NCBI GenBank assembly: GCA_965203485.1 | Contig: OZ241892.1 | Location: 1,504,001 to 1,568,000, forward strand | DNA from: Longimicrobiales bacterium | Lineage (GTDB): Bacteria > Gemmatimonadota > Gemmatimonadetes > Longimicrobiales > Gaopeijiaceae | Direction: 5' to 3' | DNA length: 64,000 bases | Shown: piece after piece, positions 53,201 to 61,690 of the stretch | Layout of the letters: each line of letters begins with the position of its first letter | Position numbering within the stretch: position 1 is the stretch's first letter | Program-made: the position numbers and the translations under genes | The notes under the pieces: generated by a model | The model's input: the letters and a program-made list of their open reading frames with translations, nothing else | Told to the model about the DNA's origin: nothing | Database searches by the model: none

Positions 53201-56200
53201 CGTCACCGCCACAGCGCGCGCAAACGTCACCCGAACCTCGATCCGCTCGCCCAACCCGTACGTCGCGCCGCTCGCAGGACTGCTCGCGACCGCCACGCCC
53301 GTCACGCCAGACGCCGTGAACGTCCCGCCCGCAACCTTGTGGCCCGCGCTGTTCGATATCGCGTGCGTGCCCAACCCCAAAGTCGCGTCCAGCGTCCCGC
53401 CCGCCAGCCGAACCGTACCGCCGTTCAATCCCAGCGCCGTCGTCGCGACGCTCAACCCGTCGGCGTCCACGTCCGCCGTCACCACCACGTACCGGAACTC
53501 GAGCGACGACGTGCCGCTCCCGCTCGCGTAGACCGCCTGCTTCGTCGCGCTCCCGATCCCCAGCGCCAGCTGCGGCGCGCCCGTCACCGCCACCGCCCGG
53601 TTGAACGCCAGCGTCGCCACGATCGTGTCGCCCCGCTCGAACGTCGTGCCCACCGGCGGCGAGCCGAGCGTCACGCCCGTCACGCCGGGCGGCCCCAGGC
53701 TCCCGTTCACCTTGTGCGCCGCAGCGTTCGATATCGCATGGCTCCCCAGACCCAGGCCCGCAGCCTCGCTCGCGTCGCGCGCGTCGTCGATCGCACCGCC
53801 GTTCAACGCCAGCGCGGCCGGCCCGATGCTCAAACCGTTCGCGTCCGCGTCCGCAGCCACCACCACGTAGCCGAACGCCAGCGTCTTCGTGCCGCTCCCG
53901 CTCGCGTAGCTCGCCTGGCGCGTCGAGTCGCCGATCGTCAACGCCAGCTGCGGCGTGCCCGTCACCGTCACCGCGCGGGCGAACGTCACCTCGACCTCGA
54001 TCCGCTCCGTGCGACCGTACGTGCTGTCGCTCGCTGGACTGCTCGATATCGACACGCCGCTCACCGACGACGCCGTGAACAGCCCGCCGTTCACCACCAG
54101 GAAGTTCTCGAACGCATGGCGCTCCAAGCTCAGCAACGCGTCCGTCGTCCCGCCCGACACGTCGATCGTGCCGCTGTTCAGCGCCAGTGCGCTCGCGCCA
54201 ACGCTCAACCCGTCCGCGTCCACGTCCGCCGTCGCCACCACGTACCGGAACACCAGCGCCGCCGTGCCCGTCCCGCTCGCATACGCCGCCTGCCGCGTCT
54301 GCGCCCCGATCCCCAGCGCCAGCTGCGGCGTCCCCGTCACGTCCACCGCCTTGTTGAACCGCACCGTCGCAACAATCGTGTCGCCGCGCTCGAACACCGC
54401 GCCCGCCGGCGGCGGCGCCACCGCCAACCCCGTCACCCCAGGCGGGCCCAACCCGCCGTTCACCTTGTGCGCCGCAGCGTTCGCTATCGCGTTCGACCCC
54501 AAATCCAGGCTCGCAGCGCCGATGCCCGGACGAGCGTCGTTGATCGTACCGCCGTTCAACCCCAGCGCGCCCGCCGCAATGCTCAATCCGTCCGCGTCCG
54601 CGTCCGCAGGCCGGACCGCGTACCCGAACACCAGCGTGTCCGCACTGCTCGAACCCGAATCGTAGTCCGCTTGGCGCGTGACCGTACCGATCCCCAAGGC
54701 CAGTCGCGGCGTCCCCGTCACCGCCACGTCGCGCGTGAACGCCACCTTCACCTCGATAGACTCGCCCAGCTCGTACGTGCTCGCGCTCGCTGGCGCGCTC
54801 GACACCGTCACGCCGCTCACCGCCGACGCCACGAACGCGCCCGTCACCTTGTGCCCCGCGCTGTTCGCAACCGCGTGCGACCCCAAGTCCAGCGTCGCGT
54901 CCAGCGTCCCGCCGGCCAGCCGGATCGTCCCGCCGTTCAACGTCAACGCGCCCGCCGCAATGCTCAACCCGTCCGCGTCAGCGTCGCCGACCGCCACCAC
55001 GTACCCGAACACCAGCGTGTCCGTCCCCGTCCCGCTCGCGTACTCCGCCTGCCTGGTCGCGCTCCCGATGCCCAGCGCCAGTTGCGGCGTGCCCCCCACG
55101 TCCACCGCGCGGTGGAACACCACCGACACCTCGATCGTCTCGCCGCGCTCGAACACGTCGCCCACCGCAGGCGAACCGATCGACAACCCCGTCACGCCCG
55201 GCGATCCCAGGCTCCCGTCCACCTTGTGCGAACGAGCGTTCGCGACCGCATGGCTGCCCAAACCCAACGCCGCCGCCGCCGTGCCGCCCGAAAGCACAAT
55301 CGTCCCGCCGTTCAGAGCCAACGCGCTCGCGCCCACGCTGATCCCGCTCGTGTCCGCGTCAGCCGCCGCCACCACGTAACGGAACACCAGCGTCCGCGTA
55401 CCGCTCCCGCTCGCGTAGCCCGCCTGACGCGTCAGCGTGTCGATCCCCAGCGCCAGCTGCGGCGTGCCCGTCACCGCCACCGCACGCTCGAACTCCACCT
55501 CCACCTCGATCGCCTCCGTGCGTCCGTACGTGCTGTCGCTCGCCGGCGCGCTCGTGATCGCCACCCCCGCCACGCCAGGCGCCACCTCCTTCGTCCCGTC
55601 CACCTGGTACTCCACCGCGTCCGCGAAGCTCCACTGCGCCAACGACAGCCGAGCGTCCGTCGCCGCCCCCGCCGCTCGAATCGTCGCGCCGCCCGGCAAC
55701 GTCAAAGCGTTCGCTCCGATGCTGATTCCCGTCGTGTCCGCGTCCGCCGCAACCACCGTGTAGCAGAACACCACGATGTTGCCGCTCGTTACCGCGTCGC
55801 ACTGCGCAGCGCTCCGCGTCTGCGAACCGATCCCCAAAGCCAGCCGCGGCGTCCCCGTCGCCGTCACCCCCGCGTTGAACCCCACCCCCACGCGTATCTC
55901 GTCGCCCAGTCCGAACACGCTGTCCGTGCTCGCGTACGCCAGCCCCGTGTTCGACGGCGTCAGGAAGAACGCGCTCGTCACGTGCGGCACGTCGCCCGCC
56001 ACCTTGTGCGCCCCAGCATTCGTGAACACGTGCGAGCCCAACGCCAAGTCCGCCGCGTCCGACCACAACCGACCGTCCGCGATCGTGTCCGACGCGCTCG
56101 CCGCCAAAGCGCCCGCACCCACGCTGATCCCGTCCGCGTCCGCGTCCGTCGCCTGCACCACGTACCGGAACGTCACTCGCGAAAACGTCGCGTCCCTGCG

Positions 56201-58750
56201 GTTGTAGTCCGCCTGACGCGTCGAGTCGCCGACCTCCAACGCCAGACGCGGCGTGCCCGCCACGTACACCCCTCGCACGAACGCCACCTCCACCTCGATC
56301 GCCTCGCCCACCAAGTACGTGTCCCCCACCACAGGACGGCTCGTTATCCTCACCCCCTTCACCACCGGCACCGTCCGCGTGTTGCCCGTCACCTTGTGCG
56401 CCGCGCTGTTCGATATCGCGTGAACGCCCAGACCCAGCACCGCGTCCGTCGTCGTCCCCATCCGCCGAATCGCGCTCCCGGACGGGGTCTCCAGCGCGCT
56501 CGCCCCGATGCTGATCCCGTCCGCGTCCGCGTCCGTCTGGAACACCGTGTACTCGAACTCCAACGCCGTCGTACCCGAACCCCTCGCGTACCACGCGTTA
56601 CGCAAGCTCGACCCGATCCCGACACGCACCCGCGGCCTGTTTGCGCCCGTGCCCGTCACCGTCACCGCCGCGCTGAACTCCACCGTCACGACCACCACGT
56701 CGCTCAACTCGAACGTGCTGTCCGCCGGAGCTTCGCCAATCGACACCCCCGTCACCCGCGGCGGGCCCGTGCTGCCGTCCACCTTGTGCGCCGCCGCGTT
56801 CGCAATCGCGTGGCTCCCCAACCCCAGGCTCGCGGGCGTCGCGCCCGGACGCACGTCCGCAATCGTCCCGCCGTTCAGCGTCAACGCGCTCGACCCGATG
56901 CTGATCCCGTCCGTGTCCGCGTCGGCAACATCGACCGGGTACACGAACACCAGCGTGTCCGCCTTGCTCGTCGCCGACCACCACCTCGCCTGCCGCGTCG
57001 CGCTCCCGATCCCCAACGCCAGCTGCGGAGCGCCCGTCACCGACACCGGCCGCGAAAACGCCACCTTCACCCATATCGCTTCGCCGCCCCCGTACGTGCT
57101 TGCGCTCGCCGGCGTGCTCGAGATCGCCACCGCGCTCACCGAAGGCGTCGTGGCCGTGCCCGTTACCTTGTGGTTCGTGCTGTTCGTCACCGCGCTCGAT
57201 CCCAGCCCCAGCGTCGCGTCCGCCGTCTGACCGGCCAGCTTGATCGTCCCGCCGTTCAGCGTCAACGCGCTGGTGCCGACGCTCAATCCGTCCGCGTCCG
57301 CGTCGCCGGTCGCCACCACGTACCGGAACACCAGGGTGTCCGTGCCTGTGCCGCTCGCGTAGCTCGCCTGCCGCGTCGCGCTCCCGATCCCCAGCGCCAG
57401 ACGCGGCGTCCCCGTCACGTCCACCTCTCGGTTGAACACCAACGAGACCTCGATCGTCTCGCCCGGTTCGAAGGTGTCGCCCACCGTGGGCGAGCTGAGC
57501 GTTAGAGCCGTCACCGCCGGCCCCAGGCCGCCGTTCACCTTGTGTGCCGCCGCGTCCGTGACCGCGTGCGAACCCAACCCCAAGTTCGCCGCCACCGAAG
57601 CGTCTCGAGCGTCGTTGATCGTCCCGCCGTTCAGCCCCAGCGCGCTCGACCCGATGCTCAGACCGTTCAAGTCCGCGTCCGCCGCCGCTGTCACGTACCG
57701 GAACGCCAGCGAGGACGTCCCAGTGCCGCTCGCGTAGCTCGCCTGCCGCGTCTGCGTCCCCACCGTCAGCGCCAGCTGCGGAGTGTCCGTCACCGTCACA
57801 TTATGCGTGAACGTCACGGCCACCGCGATCGTGTCGCCCTGCATGTACGTGTCGCCCACGACCGGACTGCTCGACATCGCCACGCCGCTCACCGCCGCCG
57901 CCTCGGCCACCTTGTGCGCCGCAGCATTCGTGATCGCGTGCGTGCCCAGGCTCAACGTCGCGTTCTGCATCGTGCCCGACCGCCGGATCGTTCCGCTGTT
58001 CAGCCCCAGCGCGCTCGACCCGATGCTCAGACCGTCCACGTCCAAGTCCGCAGCCACTACCACGTACCGGAACACCAGCGTGTCCGTCCCAGTGCCGCTC
58101 GCGTAGCTCGCCTGCCGCGTCTGCGCTCCGACCCACAGCGCCAGCTGCGGAGTGCCCGTCACGTCCACCGCCGCGTCGAACACCACCTTCGCCGCGACCG
58201 TGTCCCCAGCGCTGTACGTGCTGTCGGTGCCTGCGTTGCTCGAAATCGCCACCCCGCTGACCGTCGGCGCCGACAACCCCAGGAGGCCGTTCACCTTGTG
58301 TGCCGCGGCATTTGTGATCGCGGTCAAAGTACGGTTAATGTCCAGTCCTGTATTGCTATTCTCAAGATCGTTGTCCAGCGCGTTCGAGGCGATGCTGATC
58401 CCGTCCGCGTCCAGGTCCGCCGCCGCCACGTGGTACCAATACTCCAACCACCTGAACGGGAAACCACTGCGAGGCGGTCTTCCCCCTGGGCAAGTAGTCC
58501 CAGCACAGGCCGTTCTGGTGTTTGCCCCAATCGTCAGACTCAATTCCGATTCGTTGTCGTTAAAGCTCCAGTCGACGCCGACGCTGAACCACAGTCTTAC
58601 CTTGATAGTGTCGCCGAACCGGTACGTGTTGTCCGCCCCCGCCGAGCTGACGATCTTCAGGCTGTCTACCCGACCCTGGGCGCTCAACGAGTCGGCGCCG
58701 AACACCGCCAGCAGGCCTAGGGCCGCGAGCGCGGTTCTGGCTACGGGCAT
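47216..58750 (-). CDS. Giant surface adhesin (3844 aa): signal peptide, 21 Ig-like DxDxDG repeats, 4 cadherin-like repeats, one further Ig-like domain, C-terminal autotransporter-like beta-barrel
   Basis: 21 units mostly ending HKV/HLV; four FELAEN...V.A.D.D.G...Y...LFE...DYE cadherin units; C-terminal WTVWGR, LGADY, HPYVHW beta-strands. Confidence 0.9.
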   Translation of the reverse strand: MPVARTALAALGLLAVFGADSLSAQGRVDSLKIVSSAGADNTYRFGDTIKVRLWFSVGVDWSFNDNESELSLTIGANTRTACAGTTCPGGRPPRSGFPFRWLEYWYHVAAADLDADGISIASNALDNDLENSNTGLDINRTLTAITNAAAHKVNGLLGLSAPTVSGVAISSNAGTDSTYSAGDTVAAKVVFDAAVDVTGTPQLALWVGAQTRQASYASGTGTDTLVFRYVVVAADLDVDGLSIGSSALGLNSGTIRRSGTMQNATLSLGTHAITNAAAHKVAEAAAVSGVAMSSSPVVGDTYMQGDTIAVAVTFTHNVTVTDTPQLALTVGTQTRQASYASGTGTSSLAFRYVTAAADADLNGLSIGSSALGLNGGTINDARDASVAANLGLGSHAVTDAAAHKVNGGLGPAVTALTLSSPTVGDTFEPGETIEVSLVFNREVDVTGTPRLALGIGSATRQASYASGTGTDTLVFRYVVATGDADADGLSVGTSALTLNGGTIKLAGQTADATLGLGSSAVTNSTNHKVTGTATTPSVSAVAISSTPASASTYGGGEAIWVKVAFSRPVSVTGAPQLALGIGSATRQARWWSATSKADTLVFVYPVDVADADTDGISIGSSALTLNGGTIADVRPGATPASLGLGSHAIANAAAHKVDGSTGPPRVTGVSIGEAPADSTFELSDVVVVTVEFSAAVTVTGTGANRPRVRVGIGSSLRNAWYARGSGTTALEFEYTVFQTDADADGISIGASALETPSGSAIRRMGTTTDAVLGLGVHAISNSAAHKVTGNTRTVPVVKGVRITSRPVVGDTYLVGEAIEVEVAFVRGVYVAGTPRLALEVGDSTRQADYNRRDATFSRVTFRYVVQATDADADGISVGAGALAASASDTIADGRLWSDAADLALGSHVFTNAGAHKVAGDVPHVTSAFFLTPSNTGLAYASTDSVFGLGDEIRVGVGFNAGVTATGTPRLALGIGSQTRSAAQCDAVTSGNIVVFCYTVVAADADTTGISIGANALTLPGGATIRAAGAATDARLSLAQWSFADAVEYQVDGTKEVAPGVAGVAITSAPASDSTYGRTEAIEVEVEFERAVAVTGTPQLALGIDTLTRQAGYASGSGTRTLVFRYVVAAADADTSGISVGASALALNGGTIVLSGGTAAAALGLGSHAVANARSHKVDGSLGSPGVTGLSIGSPAVGDVFERGETIEVSVVFHRAVDVGGTPQLALGIGSATRQAEYASGTGTDTLVFGYVVAVGDADADGLSIAAGALTLNGGTIRLAGGTLDATLDLGSHAVANSAGHKVTGAFVASAVSGVTVSSAPASASTYELGESIEVKVAFTRDVAVTGTPRLALGIGTVTRQADYDSGSSSADTLVFGYAVRPADADADGLSIAAGALGLNGGTINDARPGIGAASLDLGSNAIANAAAHKVNGGLGPPGVTGLAVAPPPAGAVFERGDTIVATVRFNKAVDVTGTPQLALGIGAQTRQAAYASGTGTAALVFRYVVATADVDADGLSVGASALALNSGTIDVSGGTTDALLSLERHAFENFLVVNGGLFTASSVSGVSISSSPASDSTYGRTERIEVEVTFARAVTVTGTPQLALTIGDSTRQASYASGSGTKTLAFGYVVVAADADANGLSIGPAALALNGGAIDDARDASEAAGLGLGSHAISNAAAHKVNGSLGPPGVTGVTLGSPPVGTTFERGDTIVATLAFNRAVAVTGAPQLALGIGSATKQAVYASGSGTSSLEFRYVVVTADVDADGLSVATTALGLNGGTVRLAGGTLDATLGLGTHAISNSAGHKVAGGTFTASGVTGVAVASSPASGATYGLGERIEVRVTFARAVAVTGTPQLALSFGAATRQADYAGGTGTKTLAFGYVVVAGDADSDGLSIGASALALNGGAIADGRDGSTAAALGLGSSAVADAGGHRVDATRGPPGVMGVTIGSPQVGDTFERGDTVEVEVEFNKAVAVTGAPQLALGIGAATKQAGYAGGSGTAALAFRYVVVSADADADGLSVAAGALALNGGTIKVSGGTADALLGLGAHAVANSGGHKVAGGTFTASSPSAASVTSAPASGDTYGLGERIEVRVTFARPVVVTGAPQLALGIGSATKQAGYAGGSGTRALVFGYVVASADADADGISVGASALSLNGGAIADARDGATAAGLGLGSSAIANAGAHKVDGSVEGAPAVAGARLASAPSRGGSYGLGEEIRVAVRFDRAVAVTGTPELALGIGAATRQAGYASGSGTSELEFAYVVQAADADRDGISVGAGALSLSGGTLVVAGGTAAAVLSLGSHAIVNASGHAVAGTLEAAPVVTGARLVSSPANGSAYGLSERIAVALAFSRPVDVAGAPQLALGIGSATRQAGYASGSGTAELVFGYVVAGADADADGVSVAAAALSLNGGTIMIAGGRVAAVLSLGTHALSNVAGHLVDGSAETAPAVAGVTLASAPIGGGRYELGEEIRVHVRFDRAVAVTGSPQLALTIGAQTRAARFVRVVGYAAAARAGWVGGAAGSGSAGWAGVAAGYAGAGWDGGSAGSGARAGALGATQGAALEFAYAVQASDADADGISVGAGALSLNGGAITLLGGTAAAGLSLGGHALTNVGGHLVDGSVVSPPAVAGVEAGRPPSGGRWRAGQTIEIAVVFDRPVSVTGGPRLALAMGTRTVHAALASASGRRVEFAYEVRPHDRAPNGIALAAGALDASGAAIVSAADGSTPAALSLGSHAFASDPTRRVEGGGGEPEPGRPPKFGAESYAFELAENVAGAVVVGAVSAVDPDEGDEVYYRLREGGGGLFEVGETSGEVSYVGAGEDYEAGPREHALVVSAADVGGLASTVRVTVKVTNANEAPAFERASWTFELAENAAGPIVLGTVSATDPDEGEALSYSLVSGGGGLFELDAASGAVRYVGAGEDYETGPREHALAVAVADAGGLRAAAGVVVAVADADEAPVFEQASWTFELAENAAGPIVLGTVSATDPDEGEALSYSLVSGGGGLFELDVASGAISYVGVGEDYETGPREHALVVAATGADGLAAQAAVVVVVADVNEAPVFEQASWTFELAENAAGPLAVGAVAAADEDEGDVLSYSLVSGGGGLFELDASSGAVRYVGAGEDYETGPREHALVVAATDRGGLAATANATVVVTDVNEAPEATAQIAVAALDAHGAAVQETLDAYFRDPDGDALAYAAESSDTAVAAASVAGGVLTIQPFAIGTASVTVTATDPGGLAAEQTVAVVVEASRSERARVLEGALAAFGRSVGAEAVDVIGGRLGIESAGGLGRSHLQLGGRAVGCDGGFAQRAEDRVGAAGAGAETGDRACGWQALARAASGLLGVQVALPSAGGLGGAQSAGALDPAALLFGGPGAGAGGFGGPAGAAAGLGAVGDYRGQQEPAAAAPGGVTFNPLSGGDLLERSSFQLSLGGGAASDSGAFGAQDAAGLRPGWTVWGRAGMGGYEGRPADGLRFDGGRARSAHLGADYRFASGLLVGVAGARSSFETEFESAVNGAGSVAASLTSVHPYVHWSPTGGLGLWALAGAGTGDATLEETAGGRFGADIAMLMGALGARRELAGGIALKADAFSVRVRSDDAADLAGVTARAHRVRLAPEVAKTWALGGEASLRTRLELGARLDAGDAETGLGAEAGGEASFDHAPTGLSVAMRGRALLAHQAEGLREWGAGVSLRLQPGGGAEDGLLLSVEPTWGTGAGVTGELWRQGAAALEPAVQTAQTAPTAAPSGWAPGRMAMELGWGVALDNGATITPFGRWSQDAGAGQRFNAGARFSLLGKSAQSGTAAHSPAAESLRFLLHLYGEHASSPLEPPQRRLGLAGAIRIR
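49265..50480 (-). repeat. Tandem cadherin-coding repeat, period 303 nt, 4 copies
   Basis: Near-identical blocks CAGCTCGAACAGGCCGCCGCCGCCCGAGAC at about 49421, 49724 and 50027. Confidence 0.9.
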
Positions 58751-58789
58751 TGCGCGGACCCAGAATGCTCGGGCTGGGCGGCCGCAAAC

Positions 58790-58815
58790 GGGGGGGGGGG
58801 GGGGGGGGGGGGGGG
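58790..58815. repeat. G26/C26 homopolymer tract
   Basis: 26 consecutive G on +; on the minus strand it directly follows ATG 58818. Confidence 0.9.
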
Positions 58816-59028
58816 CATGTCGGGGCTCGCCCTTTGTCGGCGTCGCGCCTCGTGACGCGCGTGGCCAGGTTCGGAACTTCAGCCCGTCTTGTTCACGAGG
58901 GGGGGCGTGGTGAAGGGGTGGCGTGCGGCGGCGAGGCCAGTAGGTTCAAGGTGTTCGGGCCGAGAACCGGCGGCCCGCCGCGCGCAACGCCGAGGTGAAG
59001 ATAACGGAGGGGCGAGCTGAAGAGCGTC

Positions 59029-59328
59029 GTGGACCTGGCGCTGTCGTCGTCGCCCCGGCCCAACCGCCGCTGCCGGGGTCGGGACGCGCGGCCCGAGCGC
59101 CGGCTCGTCGCGCTGTTCGGCTACCAGATCATGCACGTGCTGCGCAACCTGCTCGAACGCGCCACCAAGACCGGCTGGAGCCTGCGCCGGCTGCTCGAGC
59201 GCGTGCTGCGAGCGCCCGCCCGGGTCACCGTATCCGGACGCCGCGTCACGACCGTCGTCGGCCGCTCCGCCGCGCACTGGACGCTGGCCGCCCGCCAGCT
59301 GGCGCTGCTGCCCGACCCGGGCGGCTAA
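59029..59328 (+). pseudogene. Transposase C-terminal remnant, IS1380-like
   Basis: LFGYQIMHVLR...GWSLRRLLERVLRAPARVTVSGRR resembles the IS1380-type C-terminal W(S)L.RLR.R.L...ARV....RR segment; the catalytic N-terminal part is absent. Confidence 0.55.
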
Positions 59329-59999
59329 CGCCACCAGCCGGCAACCGTCCCCGTTCCCGCTTCACGGTCCGGCCCTCCCAGATCGTGCGCATGGTCGCGC
59401 CGCCCTTGGTGGAAGACGACATGGAGCAACGCGCCCGCGACGAAGGCTTGGTAGAGAGTCGCGCCGGGTCCGTCCGCAATGGGCCCAAGCGCCTCGGAGC
59501 CCAGCGCGTAGCCCGCCATCGTCGCGGCGCACAAGAAGCCGACCGCGAGCCACACGGCGAGGGGCCCGTGTCGGGGCCTGAGAAGCCACCAAATGACCGA
59601 GCCCACGAGCAACCGGTGGAGCGCCACGGCCATGATCAGCGGGTCGCCGAGTCCCGCTTCGCTTCGAGTGGCCAGCGCGGCGCCCTCCAGCAGAACGTGA
59701 ACGGCGGCGCCCGAGGCTCCCACCAGGACGGCCACGTCGTCCGTGCGCGGCGACCGAGCGCGAAAGATGCGCTCTGCGGCCCAGACCACCAGCGAGCCTG
59801 CTGCGACCGCCAGCACAGGCAGGGGGTCGCGCTCGCGCCACGCCGCGGGAAGCACGTACCAAGCCACGAGGCCCGGAAAGGCTATGTAGATGAAGTTGTC
59901 GACGCTTCGCGTCAAGCGCGGATGCTCGTGCAACCAACTGTACAGCAAGACCCCCGCCGCGGGCGCCGCGACCGCAACGGCCAAACCCGTGGACATCAT
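59325..59999 (-). CDS. Hypothetical multi-TM membrane protein (His-containing, permease/ZIP-like)
   Basis: About 7 TMs; VHVLLEGAAL, AVALHRL, LLHVVFH..HAH; AGGGAGGGA SD. Confidence 0.7.
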   Translation of the reverse strand: MMSTGLAVAVAAPAAGVLLYSWLHEHPRLTRSVDNFIYIAFPGLVAWYVLPAAWRERDPLPVLAVAAGSLVVWAAERIFRARSPRTDDVAVLVGASGAAVHVLLEGAALATRSEAGLGDPLIMAVALHRLLVGSVIWWLLRPRHGPLAVWLAVGFLCAATMAGYALGSEALGPIADGPGATLYQAFVAGALLHVVFHQGRRDHAHDLGGPDREAGTGTVAGWWR

Positions 60000-60196
60000 G
60001 GACAGTTCCCTCCTCTATTTGAACCTCGCTTGTGCGCGCGCGCATCGGTTGCGGGGCGTCGTGCGTGGGAAGGCGGGATTCCTCGCACGCGGGACCGGGC
60101 GAACTGGGCGCTTGCATCAGCCACTTCCAGGTGGAATCCCCGTGCAAACGCGCGGGGCCGCGCCGAGCGGTTGTCGCGGTCCCGCCCTCCAGCGTC

Positions 60197-61690
60197 TCAG
60201 GCCTCCTCGCCCCAGCGCCGTACCAGGGGACTCGCCAGAAGCGCCACCAGCCCGACCAAGCCAAAGATCGTCGCCATCTGGCTGAACAGCGAGGCCGGCG
60301 CCAAGCCCTCCAGCAAGCCTGCAATTCGGCCTGCCTGGAGGTTGCCCAGGGCCGTCGCCACGAACCAGAGGCCCATCAGCTGGCTGACCCGCTTGGCAGG
60401 CGCCAGCTTGGTGACGGCCGAGAGGCCCACGGGCGAGAGCGCCAACTCGCCGACCGTGAACAGGAAGTACATGACGACCAGCCAGGAAGCCGAGGCCGGC
60501 GAGTCGGCCGTCGCGTTGGCGGCGCCCCATGAGACGACGAGGAAGCCGGCGCCGACGAGCAGGAGTCCGAGAGCGAACTTGAGCGCCGTGGACGGGTTGG
60601 CCCGGCGGGTCGCCAGCCACACCCAGAGCGAGCCGAAGACGGGCGCGAGGACGATGATGAAGAGGGAGTTGACGGACTGGAGCCAGCCGGCCGGGTAGCT
60701 GAAGCCGAAGATCGTGCGGTCGGTGTAGTCGCGCGCAAAGATGTTGAGGGACGATCCCGCCTGCTCGAAGCCTGTCCAGAATGCGGCGGCAAGGATGCAC
60801 AGCCAGAATATGACTGCGATGTTTTTCTGTTCCGCTCTGTTGTGGCCGCCGAAGAAGGTCACGGCCACGAAGTAGACCAGGACGACGGCCAGCACGACCC
60901 ACGTGAGTCCCTCGGCCACCTGCGGGAGCGTGATCGTCGTCGAGAGAAGGATTCCCCCGACCGCCAACGCCGCCGCCACGCCCAGGCAGACGCCGAAGGC
61001 GCGGAGGCCCAGCCGGCGCCGGGTCTCGGCGGACAGACCGCTCCGCAGCAAGCCCGCATCTCCGAGCTTGCCGTACGAGAGCCTGAACTGGATCACGCCC
61101 AGGACCATGCCGAAGCCGGCCAGCGAGAACCCGAGGTGCCAGTTGTAGTTCTCGCCGAGCCACGAGCAAGCCAAGGGACCCAGGAACGCGCCCAGATTGA
61201 TGCCCATGTAGAAGATCGAGAAGCCCGCGTCGCGACGGGCGTCCTTTTCCGGGTACAGGTCCGCGACGACCGAACTCACGTTCGGCTTCAGAAGTCCCGT
61301 GCCGACGGCGATGATGCCCAGGCCCGCGAAGAACATGGGCGTGAACGGCACGGCCATGCTGAAATGGCCGGCCGCGATGACGCATCCGCCCACGAAGACG
61401 GCCTTGCGCTGGCCCCACAGGCGGTCGGCCACCCAGCCGCCGGGGAGGCCCAGGAGGTAGACCATGCCGGTGTAGAGGCCGTAGATGGCGCCGGCCGTGG
61501 CCGCGTCGAGCTCGAGCCCGGGGTTCGCCCCGACCGTCGCCTGAGTCATGTAGAGAATGAGGAGCGCCCGCATTCCGTAGTAGGAGAATCGCTCCCACAT
61601 TTCGGTGAAAAAGAGGGTGTAGAGCCCTCGCGGGTGTCTGTCGGCGACGGGTTGGCTCAACGTCGGGTCTCCGTGGATCGGGGCTGGCAA
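60197..61690 (-). CDS. Proton-dependent oligopeptide transporter (POT/PTR family)
   Basis: HPRGL..LFFTEMWERFSYYGMRA, GTGLLKPN, FSIFYMGINLGA, GELALSPVG; start uncertain. Confidence 0.93.
   Translation of the reverse strand: MPAPIHGDPTLSQPVADRHPRGLYTLFFTEMWERFSYYGMRALLILYMTQATVGANPGLELDAATAGAIYGLYTGMVYLLGLPGGWVADRLWGQRKAVFVGGCVIAAGHFSMAVPFTPMFFAGLGIIAVGTGLLKPNVSSVVADLYPEKDARRDAGFSIFYMGINLGAFLGPLACSWLGENYNWHLGFSLAGFGMVLGVIQFRLSYGKLGDAGLLRSGLSAETRRRLGLRAFGVCLGVAAALAVGGILLSTTITLPQVAEGLTWVVLAVVLVYFVAVTFFGGHNRAEQKNIAVIFWLCILAAAFWTGFEQAGSSLNIFARDYTDRTIFGFSYPAGWLQSVNSLFIIVLAPVFGSLWVWLATRRANPSTALKFALGLLLVGAGFLVVSWGAANATADSPASASWLVVMYFLFTVGELALSPVGLSAVTKLAPAKRVSQLMGLWFVATALGNLQAGRIAGLLEGLAPASLFSQMATIFGLVGLVALLASPLVRRWGEEA

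Noticed and set aside
47255..57505. 3416-aa plus-strand ORF antisense to the adhesin
   Set aside because: Arg/Ala-rich with no domain signal; explained by codon bias and repeats suppressing stops.
58315..58620. Diversity-generating retroelement
   Set aside because: No reverse transcriptase or TR/VR pair in the window; differences include indels and are not visibly adenine-restricted.
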